Source: Octopus sinensis
Taxonomy: Eukaryota
Assembly (NCBI RefSeq): GCF_006345805.1
Contig: NC_043001.1
Span: 43,152,001 to 43,216,000, forward strand
Direction: 5' to 3'
DNA: 64,000 nucleotides
Shown here: in pieces, positions 25,868-37,851 of the stretch
Layout: each line of letters begins with the position of its first letter
How positions within the stretch are numbered: position 1 is the first letter of the stretch
Translations under genes and position numbers: made by a program
Notes under the pieces: generated by a model
The model's input: only the letters and a program-made list of their open reading frames with translations
Told to the model about the DNA's origin: nothing
Databases searched by the model: none

Positions 25868-26579
25868 CATGTATGTGTGTGTGTGTATGTTATAAATGAC
25901 AAAAGAAAATGTATGAGGAAATTTATTTAACCATTGGAAAATTCATATATCACAACAAATTGTTTCATATGCAAAGATAAGGTTTTTTTTATGAATACCA
26001 CTGGATTAGTTGAATCCATATATTGTGACTTAAACATATATATATGAAATATTTGTTTCTAATGGTAGAACTCAAACTAGCTAAAGCTATAAATATAGTA
26101 TGTTAATATTAGGTTAAAAACCCCTTGGATAAAAAAGCCAAAGCCTATACACAAGACTCAAACCCACATCTTCTGTAGATATGACTAATGTTCTACCATT
26201 GTACCAAAGCAATGGTTGAATGTTGATCCAACCAGTTTTCTTCATCCATTTTAGAAGTTTTGTTGCTACCAGCAAGAATTCTGTGTTGTGTCTGTCATAA
26301 TTTAGTAACTTTGAAACAAACGACTTATGGTGATCTCTCTGTAGTGAGTGTGAAGACTAAGCTTTATAACTAATTGTAGTCCTTCGCTATCAATTGAAAA
26401 GAAGTAGTTTGGGTACTATCGCAACATTCTGCATTCTATACAATGACATCTAGTGTCTCCTGTTGCATTAATGAAATAGATGCCAATTTCAAGCATGTTA
26501 CTGCATAAAATATACAAACCTCATTAAGCAGTACCCTAAAAATATTTTTTTAAATCCTATACATTATAGATCTTTCATC

Positions 26580-27480
26580 TAATCTGACAGGGACACAATG
26601 CAATAATGGACTGCTGACTGTAGACCAGTGCACCACTATATATTTTACGAGGAAGACCTGAAATTTATCTGCTCCCTCCCCACAAGACCAACCTTAAGTT
26701 TGCTGGTGAGCATAACTTAGACATTATTATTAACAATGATCTATGTTGGACACACCAAATTTTTAAATCATTGAAGAAAGCAGAAAATATCATAGCCTCA
26801 TTCAGTAAGACCATTGTTAGCTGCTTACCAGCTATATATAGCTATGGTACATCCACATTTAGAGTTTGCATCTCCAGTCTGCAACTCCCATTTTATCCAG
26901 AATAACAATCTACCAGAAGCTGTTCAGAGACATGCAATCACATGAATACTCTCTATCAGTTACTTACCATATCTTGAACATCTTGCTTTTCTAGCCATTA
27001 ACCCTTTCGTTACCAACCCGGCTGAAACCGGCTCTGGTTCTGTAGTACAAATGTCTTGATTTCATAAGTTTTGAATTAAAATATTCCACCAAGCCTTAGT
27101 CACAATTTATGTTCCTAACACTAGCTTAATGATAACTAAGTTATTTTACTAAATTCTTTGTTATATTTAAAATAACTGAAAGAAACACAGAGCATCTTAA
27201 AATAAATACAGTAACGAAAGGGTTAAAACACTAACGCTTCAACATCCAGCAGCTGATTTAGTAGAAGCCCACAAGATTAATCACCATCTTTCCAACAATA
27301 ACTTTGGTCACCTTTTTCTTAATTCAATATCTCTATCATCTGTGGACATGCTTATAAAATCAGAAAACAGTGCAGCACCCATGATTTTTGGAAACATTTT
27401 TTCATGCTCAGAATTGATGAATCCCACAATAAACTATCTGCATCAGTTATTCATTGTCAAGACACCGTATCCTTCAGAAA
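26580..27480 (+). mobile_element. Old CR1/L2-like LINE 3' remnant, split by a piggyBac-like MITE
   Basis: YIAMVHPHLEFASPVCN...LPEAVQRHA before the MITE; LTLQHPAADLVEAHKI after it. Confidence 0.6.
27002..27222. mobile_element. piggyBac-like MITE, copy 1
   Basis: TTAA TSDs (26998-27001, 27223-27226); 12-bp TIR CCCTTTCGTTAC / GTAACGAAAGGG. Confidence 0.92.
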
Positions 27481-27919
27481 TACCATGCTTCCTAAAATTT
27501 CAGCATTATTCCTGATGTGGCTATACAACATTTTTCATTACCTTTTTCACTGTTTTGTCTTTGTTCATGTGTTTTAGCCTGTGTCCTATGTGTGCACTTT
27601 TGACTATCATTGCTGACTTGTTTGGGGATTAACATGATCTTAGTGAGTTAGTTTTCTTATTTACATAGTAGAATGTTACTTTCGAATTTTATTCAAAATG
27701 TTGTTGGAGCTTCGATAGAACTGAGATCACAAGTCAAGTGTAATAATCAGTTCTCTCAAATTTTCATCAAGTAAGAAAAATAAACTCACAAAGATCACAT
27801 TAATCCTAAAACAAGATAAATCCAGTTCCAATCCTATAACTATAGCATCTTCAGTAATAGGACTGTGTCTCTAAGACTGTCCAATAATAGGACTATATAG
27901 CCATTATTATTATTATTAT

Positions 27920-28800
27920 TGGCGAGCTGGCAGAATCATTAGCATGCCAGGTGAAATGCTTTGTGGTATTTCGTCTGTTTCCATGTTCTGAGTTCAAATT
28001 CCATCAAGGTTAACTTTGCCTTTCATCCTTTTGGGGTCAGAAAAATAAATACCAGTTGAATACTGGGGTCAATGTAATCGACTACCCCTCCACCAAACTT
28101 TCAGGTCTTGTGCCTATAATAGAAAGGATTATTATTTTTATTATTATCATTATTATTGTTATTATTATTATCATTAAATCAAAATTAAAAGAAGAGTGCC
28201 ATTGTTATCTAGTGAACAATACTTCGACATCTTTTGTGACTTCAACTGGTTCATAAAAATAAATTTGTCAATCTACTTCATTTTGGTTAATACAGAAAGG
28301 ATTGAGGTAACTCCACCAAGGTCAACTTGGCCTTTCATCCTTACAGGGTCAATGTAATTGACTCACTCCCTCCACTGAACTTGCTGACCATAGGCCAAAA
28401 CTTGAAACCATTATTATTATAATAATAATAATCCTTTCTACTATAGGCACAAGGCCTGAAATTTGGGGGAGGGGTAAATCAATTACATTGACCCCCAGTG
28501 TATAACTGGTACTTATTTCAGCAACCCTGAAAGGGTGAAAGGCAAAGTTGATCTCAGTGGAATTTGACTTTGCCTTTCATCCTTTCAGGGTCGATGATAT
28601 AATTATAAAAATTATAAAATTAGCATACCAGGACAAAATGCTTTGCAGTATTTTTTTTTTGTCTTTACATTCTAGGATCAAATTCTGCCTTTTACCCCTT
28701 TCAAGGTAGATAAAATAAGTACCAGTTGAGTACTGAGGTTTATGCAATTATGTTGCCCACTACTCCAAAATTTCAGGCCTTGTGTCTATAGTAAAAAGGA
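27920..28800. mobile_element. Cluster of SINE family B copies in both orientations
   Basis: GAGCTGGCAGAATCATTAGCA...GAGTTCAAATTCC...CTTTGCCTTTCATCCTTT recurs at ~27923(+), 28310(+), 28430(-) and 28630(+), with (ATT)n tails. Confidence 0.8.
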
Positions 28801-28821
28801 CTATTCCTGTTGTTGTTGTCA

Positions 28822-28860
<39 letters not shown>

Positions 28861-30039
28861 CTTACATTACTTAGTTATCCATTTGATTTGTCTCAAATAA
28901 AATGTCTCAAACTCTGTAGAATAAAATATTAATATTTATAATTTTGGTGAGTAGTAACCTCTTGGCTTCATAAGTTTCACATCCTGATTTTGATCACTGT
29001 TGCAGTAGTTTTCATGTCACTTGTTGAATAGGCTTAAAAATGAGTTACAATTTTATTATACTAATTTTTTTTTCACCTCTTTGCAAAATACAGAGCAGTG
29101 GAGTTGAGGCCACATGATTTTTCAAGTTTCAAGTAGAAAGTGTGAGCAATTTTACTAATAGCAAGAATTATAACAAACAATAATAATAATAATAATCAAT
29201 AATATTAATACGACAACTTGTTTTTGTATGCCCGTACTTGTGGTGTGTGTCACACTTACCTCAAAGGAAGAAGTGAGTGGTAAAATGGGAGAGAGGAGGA
29301 CAGAGGAAGTGAGAGAAAGAGAGTGAGGGAGAGGAGCATTTGTTTTGTGTCTTTAAATGTTTATCACATCGCAAGAAAAGTTGATACACAGATACATATA
29401 CACATTGTTAAATTAAAAGCAGGAGAGAGGAGGGACACAGAGGAAGTGAGAGAGACAGTAGATACATAGATCCAAAACAAGTTGATATATAGATAAATAG
29501 ACACATTGTTAAATCAAAGACAACTACAGCAAATATTGGATGTCACTTTCACTTTTCATTACCACACGAGGATAAAATTAACTCGCAAGTGGCTGAGTAG
29601 TCCACAGACGTGCATACCATTAATGTAGTTCTCAGGGAGATTCAGTTTCACACAGAATATGACAAGGTTGGCCCCTTTGAATTACAGCTGAGTGGATTGC
29701 AGCAAGATAAACCTTCAAGTGGTTGGAAGAAAATGAAAAAAGATCCTATATAGGAGCAGGAACATCTTTTTATTCGTTAGGGTCACTTTGAGTGTTAATC
29801 TGGTCCTAACAGTGGCATTTGTGGGTCTCACTGATCTTAATGCCAAGCCCCCAGATAAATACAGATGAGCACACTGCTGTTATCAAACTGAGCGTGAGTC
29901 AAGGGTGAAAACACAATGGAATAGCAATTATTTCATCTTAGCTTTCACTGCTTATACTAAACACATGACATTTTTGCCTTACGATACAGAACATTTCCTT
30001 TTCTTTCACTCTTTTTAAAAAATGGCACTCTGTCAGTTA

Positions 30040-30345
30040 TGACGATGAGGTTCCTGTTTATCTGATCAATGGGGCAGCCTCCTCGTAAAATTAGCACTCA
30101 AGTGGCTGAGTACTTCACAGACATGCACACCATAATGTAGTTCTCTGGGAGATTCAGCCTCATAAGAATGTGACAAGGCTGGCCCCTTTGAATTACAGCT
30201 ACAACTTATTTTTGCCAGCTGAGTGGACGGCAGCAAGGTGGAGTACCTTGCTCAAGAACACAGCGCACCACAGGGAATCATATTCATGACTTTACAATCA
30301 TGGGCCGAATACCCCTAACCACTGAGCCTTGCACCTTCACTCTCT
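30040..30345 (-). mobile_element. tRNA-derived SINE family D (further fragment at ~29575-29720)
   Basis: Reverse complement starts GTGAAGGTGCAAGGCTCAGTGGTTAGGGTATTCGGC; homologous to 44453-44720. Confidence 0.75.
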
Positions 30346-30839
30346 TAACCGTAGAGAAAAGGAGTTAAGCGATAGAGACAAAGAAAGGAAAGCATCAGTC
30401 ATTTAAAATGACAATTAGACTGAAATATGATCGAACTTTTCTAGCTACTTTAATTTTAACAATGAAGAAGAGGAAAAGAAATTTAGTAACGAATAGTGGG
30501 GAAGTCTTTCAGGTGTTTACATTTTTATTCTGGGAGTACTAGAAGGATCAAGTGTTAGTTCTCTCTTCTTTGCCCCACCTCCAGTACTTATTCACCTTCT
30601 TTCATAGTTCTTCATGTCTTTTAGTTGGGAGGAAAGACCATGTTTTTCTTTTTCAGGCATGTTTAACTTTTTCTTTACAAACTACAAATAAGCTGCCTCT
30701 CTTTCCTTTTTTTTTCATACAAAATCTATTGCAAATTTCAAATGGGGTATAACTGTGAAAAGAGCCCAGAAAATGGGTAATACTTATACAAAATGGGTGG
30801 GGGAGAAAAGTTGCCAACAGATGGCTACACGAAAATCAA

Positions 30840-31145
30840 CTCTATACTTTAAAGAGTGTCTTCTACTGTAGCTTCAAGCCAACCAAAGCCTCGTGAGTGA
30901 ATTTGGTAGACAAAAACTGAAAGAAGCCTGTCATGTGTGTGTATATGTTTGTCCTCCCACCACCATTACTTGACAACTGATGTTGGTGTATTTGTGTCCC
31001 CATAACTTAGCTGTTCGGCAGAAGAGACTGATAGAATAAGCACCAGACTTACAAGGAATAAGTCCAGGGATCTATTTTTTTCCACTAAAGGGTGGTGCTC
31101 CAGCATGGCCACCATCAAATGACTGAAACAAGTAAAAGAATAAAA
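30840..31145. mobile_element. Fused SINE family A fragments (+ then -)
   Basis: + body (CCAAAGCCTCGTGAGTGAATTTGG) followed by further family A segments through the ...GACTGAAACAAGTAAAAGAATAAAAG tail; internal orientation not fully resolved. Confidence 0.55.
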
Positions 31146-31420
31146 GAATACCAGAAGAATGTTCTGTACCACTAAACCAAGAAGGTTCTTTGAATATGTA
31201 TGATGTATTTTAAGGCTAAATAGTAATTATGTTTGTGTAACTGAGATATTTTGGTTGGATCATATAGTTATCAGTTTTACACTTCTTTCTATATTCTGTA
31301 AGTGTCACCATATAGAAACCTTTCTCATGGTACCAGTACACAATTTACAGATGCTTACATTTTTTGCTTTCTGTGAAATTTTCACTATTCCAGCTGGTGG
31401 TGGTGGTGGTGGCGGCGGTA

Positions 31421-31451
<31 letters not shown>

Positions 31452-31453
<2 letters not shown>

Positions 31454-31842
31454 ACAAGAGCACTCAGAGAGCACATTGAATGTGAAGGTGGCTGTAGAAA
31501 ATTTAGTGACAGTAATAAATAGTTTATCCTTATCTAATACAAGCCAAAGTTAACAAATTCACCATTCGAAATAGTTACAGCCTAAAGGGAGACAATTAAG
31601 AAAGACTTGAAAGTTAATGTAAGATCGTAATCATGAAAAGTAAATATAACAAATAATCCAGAATCCTTGTCTGGTACCAGATCGATCCCAAAATCCAATC
31701 AGTTTATGCCAGTCACAAGTTCAAACATCCCTGAAAGTTTCATCCGAACCCATCCAACAGTTCTTGAGATATCTTGTCCACGGACAAACAAACAAACGTG
31801 ACTGAAAACAATACCTCCACCCTTGCTAAGGTGGAAGTAATA
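31452..31842 (+). mobile_element. Helentron-associated (HINE/DINE-like) non-autonomous element
   Basis: 5' AACAAGAGCACTCAGAGAGC; 3' AAGTTTCATCC...GAGATATC...(CAAA)n...ACCTCCACCCTTGCTAAGGTGGAAGT hairpin. Confidence 0.6.
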
Positions 31843-32312
31843 ATATACACATTCACAAAACTGTATGAAATACACCGGGAATTACCTTCTTATTCATATT
31901 TGTTCACCATTTCTATAAAATTGTGTCTCTGAATCACTTATTTTCTAAACTATGCAAATAGATATACAATTTTGTACATTTACTTAATGATTCATTCATC
32001 ACTATTTTGCTGATAAGATCAAAATAAAACCAAAACATGTGCTGAGTTGTTTCCTGGAAAAAAATAATGTTAGATCATTGATTAATTTCAACTTTATCAT
32101 GCCACATATTTATTTCTCATTGCCTTTTTGGTAAGACATGTTCTAAGTATATTAACATTAGTTTACTTGTGAAACATGTAGCCGTCAAATGTATTACATG
32201 GTATGGTGGTGGTGACATGTTAAACATGGAATCCTACAATAGTTTTGTAAAGGACATATACAAAAATCATGAGCTCACTGTATATACATTCGTGTTTGTT
32301 TGTTTGTTTGTT

Positions 32313-32361
<49 letters not shown>

Positions 32362-32367
<6 letters not shown>

Positions 32368-33200
32368 GAAGTTGAAAATACACTGGGATTTGTTTAGATT
32401 TTTTAAAATTTTACTGTTTTCACAGACTTCTCCGATTTTCGAAAGTTGAAATAGTAAGATGTGGAGTGATGCTGCAAGTGTCTGGCTTCAGATTTGAGTT
32501 CAAAATTCTCTCGTTTTTGTAGAGAGAACATGGCTCAAATTAGTATCTGTTTTGGATACTATTTGATTGGCTGAGGATGATCACATGATTAGATTTAGAA
32601 ATTTTTGTGACAATATGTTTGGCACAGTAAGTTCAAGCTGTCACAGTTGACTGAACATGTCTAGTGACAGTCCAAAACAATCAAGGCTGTCTGAATTTAA
32701 TCTGTCAATTGTGGTAGAGTATGATTACATGATTAACTTTGGAAATTTTTGCAGGGGCCCCACTACATCCATGTGTTAATATCATGTGACTATATTTTTT
32801 GCACTGAAAATTAAGGCTCATTAAAGCTGAAAGAACATGTCTAGTGAGAGTCCCAAACTGTTCACTCAGCTGTGGCAGCTTTAACTTACTGCACCAAACA
32901 TATTGTTACATGATATTAAAGAATGGATAGGGTAACTTACAAAAACTTCTAAAGCTAATCACATGATCATCCTCAGTCAATCAAATCATATCCAAAACAT
33001 TTACTAATTTGAGCCATATTCTCTCTATAAAAACAAGAGAATTTTGAATTCCAATCAGAAGAAAGATAGTGCAGCATAGCTCCATATCTTTCTATCTCAA
33101 CTTTCAAAAATCAGAGAAATCTGTGAAACTGGTTCAGTCTCAAAAAATTTTAAAGTAAAAAATCTAAACAAATCTCAGTACATTTTCAACTTTTTTTTTT
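32362..33200. mobile_element. Foldback element with ~300-bp imperfect inverted arms
   Basis: The left arm (AAGTTGAAAATACACTGGGATTTGTTTAGATTTTT...GGCTCAAATTAGTA...CAGTAAGTT) matches the reverse complement of ~32850-33200. Confidence 0.85.
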
Positions 33201-33372
33201 AATTTCTACCCATGTGGGATAAAATAACGGTTTTCTATACATGTACGTGTTTGTATGTGTGTGTGTATACACACATAGACACACAAACACATACACATAC
33301 TATGTATATAAATGCATATATACATATATGTGCATATGTGCATGTATATGTATGTGTATACATATATATATA

Positions 33373-33592
33373 CAGTAATCCCTCATATCATGGTTCACCT
33401 ATTGTGGTTTATTATTTAAGCTTACATCAATTCCTCTGTGGTGATGTTTTGCATCTATAATAAAATAAATATATACAAATTATAAAGATAATTTTTAAAA
33501 ATATATAGTACAGTACAGTTTCTACTTTGCAGATTTTCACCTATCGCGAGGGATTTTGGAATGTAATGCCTGCGATAGTCGAGGAATTACTG
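33373..33592. mobile_element. Tigger-type MITE
   Basis: TA|CAGTAATCCCTC...GAGGAATTACTG|TA. Confidence 0.8.
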
Positions 33593-33609
33593 TATGTATG
33601 TATATATAC

Positions 33610-33648
<39 letters not shown>

Positions 33649-34239
33649 AGTAGTATAAGATATGGATTCAGAGAATTGCACGGCTATCACAGAAAGCCTC
33701 ATTTATGGACTCAGCTAAAAGTTCACTTACTAATCTAATACTGAGAAATATAATGTAGAGTGCCCATGCAACTAAAATCCAGAAGATTCAATCAATAAAA
33801 TTATTTCATGAGGTGTACATATACCATAAAATTATTAATGCAAACATGAAAGCATAATTTCTTCAACACTGAAATTAATTCTACATGTAGAAGGTTGCGA
33901 AACAGTGGTTATCTTAAAGATGATTAAATAAATGTATAATCACCTCTCATACCTCGTGACTTTTATGGTTTTTCGGCCACTTTAAACTATTGTAAATTTC
34001 TACTAATAGCCAATTTATAAGTGGATGTTTCACATTGTGTTTTTTAAAGATGAAACATTGGCTCTGTTGAAGTCATTTCTATACCTAATCATTATATTTT
34101 GTAGTAGGGATTCTGAATGAGAGGCAAAGATGGCCATGCAAAAGTTTCCAGCCATCTCACATAAACCAATCAAGATAGTGTTTTAAAACAGAAAAATGCC
34201 TATAATGAAAATTTATTACATAATATTCATTTCAAGAAA

Positions 34240-34740
34240 TTACTGTACATTGTTTATATTTCATGTGGCTTCCCTTAAATTGAATAATTGTTTCAATGTG
34301 CCTGGGAAGAGTTGCATGCAAATCCTTCACCATCTTCACATGTATGGGATACCATTCTCTATGGCTGAGCTCCACAACTCTTCATGGATTCTTCTCATGA
34401 ACACTTCTCTTAAGTTCTGTCCACATTTGCTCGATGATATTTTAAGTCACGGCTCTGAGCTGGCCAATCTTTCAATATGGTAACATCTTCATCAGCCAGA
34501 CACTGTTATGTTGCACATGACCTGTGGCGAGAATTTGTCAGAATACTTCCAGATACCAAAAACTTCTGCACAGCCATTTTTGGTGGTCGTCTCACATCTT
34601 TCCCTCTCGTTCAGAACCTCTACTACAAAATATAATGATTAGGTATGGAAATGACTCCAAAAGGGCCAATGGTTCATCTGTAAAAAATGCAATGCAAAGC
34701 ATCCACTTATAAATTGGCAATTAGTAGAAATTTCCAAAAG
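34240..34740 (-). mobile_element. Decayed Tc1-like transposase fragment
   Basis: DWPAQSRDLNIIEQMWTELKRSVHEKNP...LPRHIETIIQFKGSHMKY. Confidence 0.75.
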
Positions 34741-34749
34741 TTAAAGTGG

Positions 34750-34990
34750 CCAAAGACAGACGTAAACACACCAGCATCGGTTGTCAAGTGATGTTGGGGG
34801 GGACAAACACAGACACACACATATATACATATATACGACGGGCTTCTTTCAGTTTCTGTCTACCAAATCCACTCACAAGGCTTTGGTTGGCCCTAGGATA
34901 TAGTAGAAGACACTTGTCCAAGGTGCCACGCAATGGAACTGAATCCATAACCATGTGGTTGGTAAGCAAGCTACTTACCACACAGCCACT
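34750..34990 (-). mobile_element. SINE family A (5' half)
   Basis: Reverse complement of the head GTGGCTGTGTGGTAAGTAGCTTGCTTACCAACCACATGG. Confidence 0.8.
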
Positions 34991-35036
34991 TCTGATATTT
35001 TATATATATATATATATATTACACACACACATATAC

Positions 35037-35081
<45 letters not shown>

Positions 35082-35270
35082 TATATACATATATACACAC
35101 ACATATATATACACACATATATATATACACATATATATACGCATATATACACACATATATTGATACATATATTTACATGAAGCACAAAATACAGATTGTA
35201 AATAAAGAAAATATACATAATGAAAAATTATGTAATGTCTTTTCTTGACAGCTGTTTCAAGAAGCTCAGA

Positions 35271-35615
35271 ATTATATAATAACCAGAATTCACAAGCGAT
35301 ATGTGTATAATGTCATAGGTATGCAACCAGTGACAACTTCAGACAAAGTTATTACAATAAGAATGGCCTCCTTTGGGGCTGTTCTTCTTATCTTGCCTCT
35401 TACATACCTCCTCCATCTCACTATTTCCATCTACTCTCTCTCTCTCTTCTATTTGAACCTTTATATTTGTAAGCACTATCAGATGATTTGCATTTTCCAG
35501 TTTTCCCTTGAAAAGGGAGGCTAGACTCACTGCAATAATCTCATCTGGACTTGTCTTTGGTTGCATATCTATAACATTATGCACATACCGCTTGTGAATG
35601 ATAGTTATTACATAA
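35271..35615. mobile_element. MITE-like element with ~105-bp imperfect TIRs
   Basis: TTATATAATAACC..TTCACAAGCGATATGTGTATAATGTCATAGGTATGCAACC versus the reverse complement TTATGTAATAACT..TTCACAAGCGGTATGTGCATAATGTTATAGATATGCAACC. Confidence 0.75.
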
Positions 35616-35749
35616 CTCTAGACCTCTTGAAACAACTGTCAAGACATTACATAATTTATATATATATATTTCTTCTTTATTTTATACTCTGTTATTTTGT
35701 GCTCCACATATATGTATCAAGCCTAACTGTATTTATCTATCTATCTTTA

Positions 35750-35970
35750 AGCCTGTGTTTGTCCTCCACCACCACTTGACAACTGGTGTTGGTGTTTTTA
35801 CCTCGCCATAACTAAGCAGTTAGGCAAAAGAGACCAATAGAATAAGTAACAAGCTTAAAAAATAAAAAAAGCATTGGTGTTGATTCGTTCAACTAAAATT
35901 TCTTCAAGGTGGTGTGGCCCAGCATAGCCACAGTCTAATGACTGAAACAAGTAGAAGATAAAAGATAAAA
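35750..35970 (+). mobile_element. SINE family A 3' half (similar pieces at ~38010-38200, 41820-42000, 42570-42680)
   Basis: CTTGACAACTGGTGTTGGTG...GGCAAAAGAGACCAATAGAATAAG...GACTGAAACAAG. Confidence 0.75.
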
Positions 35971-37620
35971 TATATGGTCATATTATGTGAAGAAAGACTT
36001 CCATCAATTAAAAAGTATTACTTACATAAAAAGTTCTTAAATAAACACGATGACACAAACCTATGAAAGGATTGATATCTATGTGGTTTGTTTCTTTGTA
36101 TATTTCTGCTTTGAAGAGGCACAGACAACACCTCAAATGCTGAAAAATTCATTCAACCATCTGCAAGCAATCTTAAAATGATAAAATAGAAAGCCCAAAT
36201 ATAAAGATTGCAGTCCCTAAAGTTTATAGGCACTTTAGAGATATCCCTTACTTTACTCTGTCACCCATGCTACATCCAATAAAATATATAACATCAATAA
36301 CTGTAGCAACATCTAAGACAATGGGAAGCTACAACTCTTTGGAGAAAAACAATCTGGTATAGACAACAAACATCTGTTGGATGCTAAATCATGATTAGCC
36401 CCTAGATGATAAAGCATAGTATGTCATCTTTATTGATTTAACATCTGTTTTTCTACGATTGCAGAGAGAGGTCTACAATGCAACAGGTTTCCATTCATGA
36501 CAAATTTGTATTATCCCCTTTATGAAACCCAAAGCTCTTGCATATGATTTCATTCACCTACTTCCAACCAGATTTTCTATTTTCTTTCTCTGCTTTACAA
36601 TCATTTTTGGCAATATTTTACCAATTTTTTATTTAAATTATCCTATCTAATGCCAAAGATATGACATGATGAATCAATGATATTAATTATTTAAAACAGA
36701 AAAACAATAACAAAAATTGTAAACCTTCTGCGTATCTTCAGCCTGTTTCAGAAAATGATGAGGAAAGCACTAACCAAAATTTCAAGCTGGGTCTGATAAC
36801 TTCCCAAATTTTCCTTGAAAGAACCATTCTCAAGATAGCCATAAAATTTTCAGTTATGATTTTAACTGGACTGGTTGGCTACTAATTTATTTTTCAACTG
36901 ATACTTTATATTTGATGTCTGAAATAATTAATTTGGAAATCATTTTAAACATAAGTATAGAAAATAAACAGAAAATATTATTACACAGTGAAAAAAAATT
37001 TAAATATATGAATAGCAAATTTCAAAAGTAATAAAATTATAATTACATTATAGACATAGATATTTCTTGATATAATGTCAATAATCTACTCATGATTATT
37101 CTATATGCTGATATTCTATATCATTCATTCTTTATTTCTTTATAGTCATTAAATTTATATACTATAAGTTACACAAACACTACTTCCAAACAATAGCATA
37201 AAAAATTTATATTGTCACTCCATCTCACATATAAGATACCTCTGTCTTTGTCTATATAAGGCATTTTTTTATTTGTCTATACATCTTTTTTTGTTATTGT
37301 TTATAAATCAGGATGTGTATTAAGCAACATTTATCTCTAAATATTAACAGCATTGAAGTGTGACTTAGATTAAAAATGATCAGCCTCAGAGAATCTCAAT
37401 TGATTCTAACAAAAATAATTTAATTTAGCAGAAGTAACAGGTAGCAAGAATGATTAGTTTTAGGAAGCTCTACCAGTTTTGAAATTAAATGACTAAGTTA
37501 CCATAATTACAATCTTAATGAATTTTGTGGCAAAATGCTACATATAAGAAAGCAGTAGGAAAATAATAATAAATTCAAAATAAAAATTATTGTAGTTCAA
37601 AAGATATTAAAGTAACATAC

Positions 37621-37851
37621 CTTGTAGTTGCAGGCCAAATCATCAAATGTCATTCCATGAGAATCTGCTCCCTGATCAACTAATAACTTACAAATTTCTG
37701 GGTATTTACGACCATTAGCGACAAGAAAAGGAGTATGTCCAGCAAAATTTTGAATGTCAATGGAAGCTTTATTCTCTAGCAATAATTTTATAATGTCTTC
37801 ATTTTTGTTTTCAACAGCAAAGAATAAAGGTGTCCGGCCACTCTTGTAATC
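37621..37851 (-). CDS. IkB-like gene exon 7 (DYKSGRTPL...LACNYK)
   Basis: AAAAG| acceptor, AAG|GTATGT donor, 231 nt; ankyrin repeats 5-6. Confidence 0.88.

Noticed and set aside
35339-35584. 81-aa ORF as the last IkB exon
   Set aside because: It lies within an inverted-repeat element and has no convincing acceptor.
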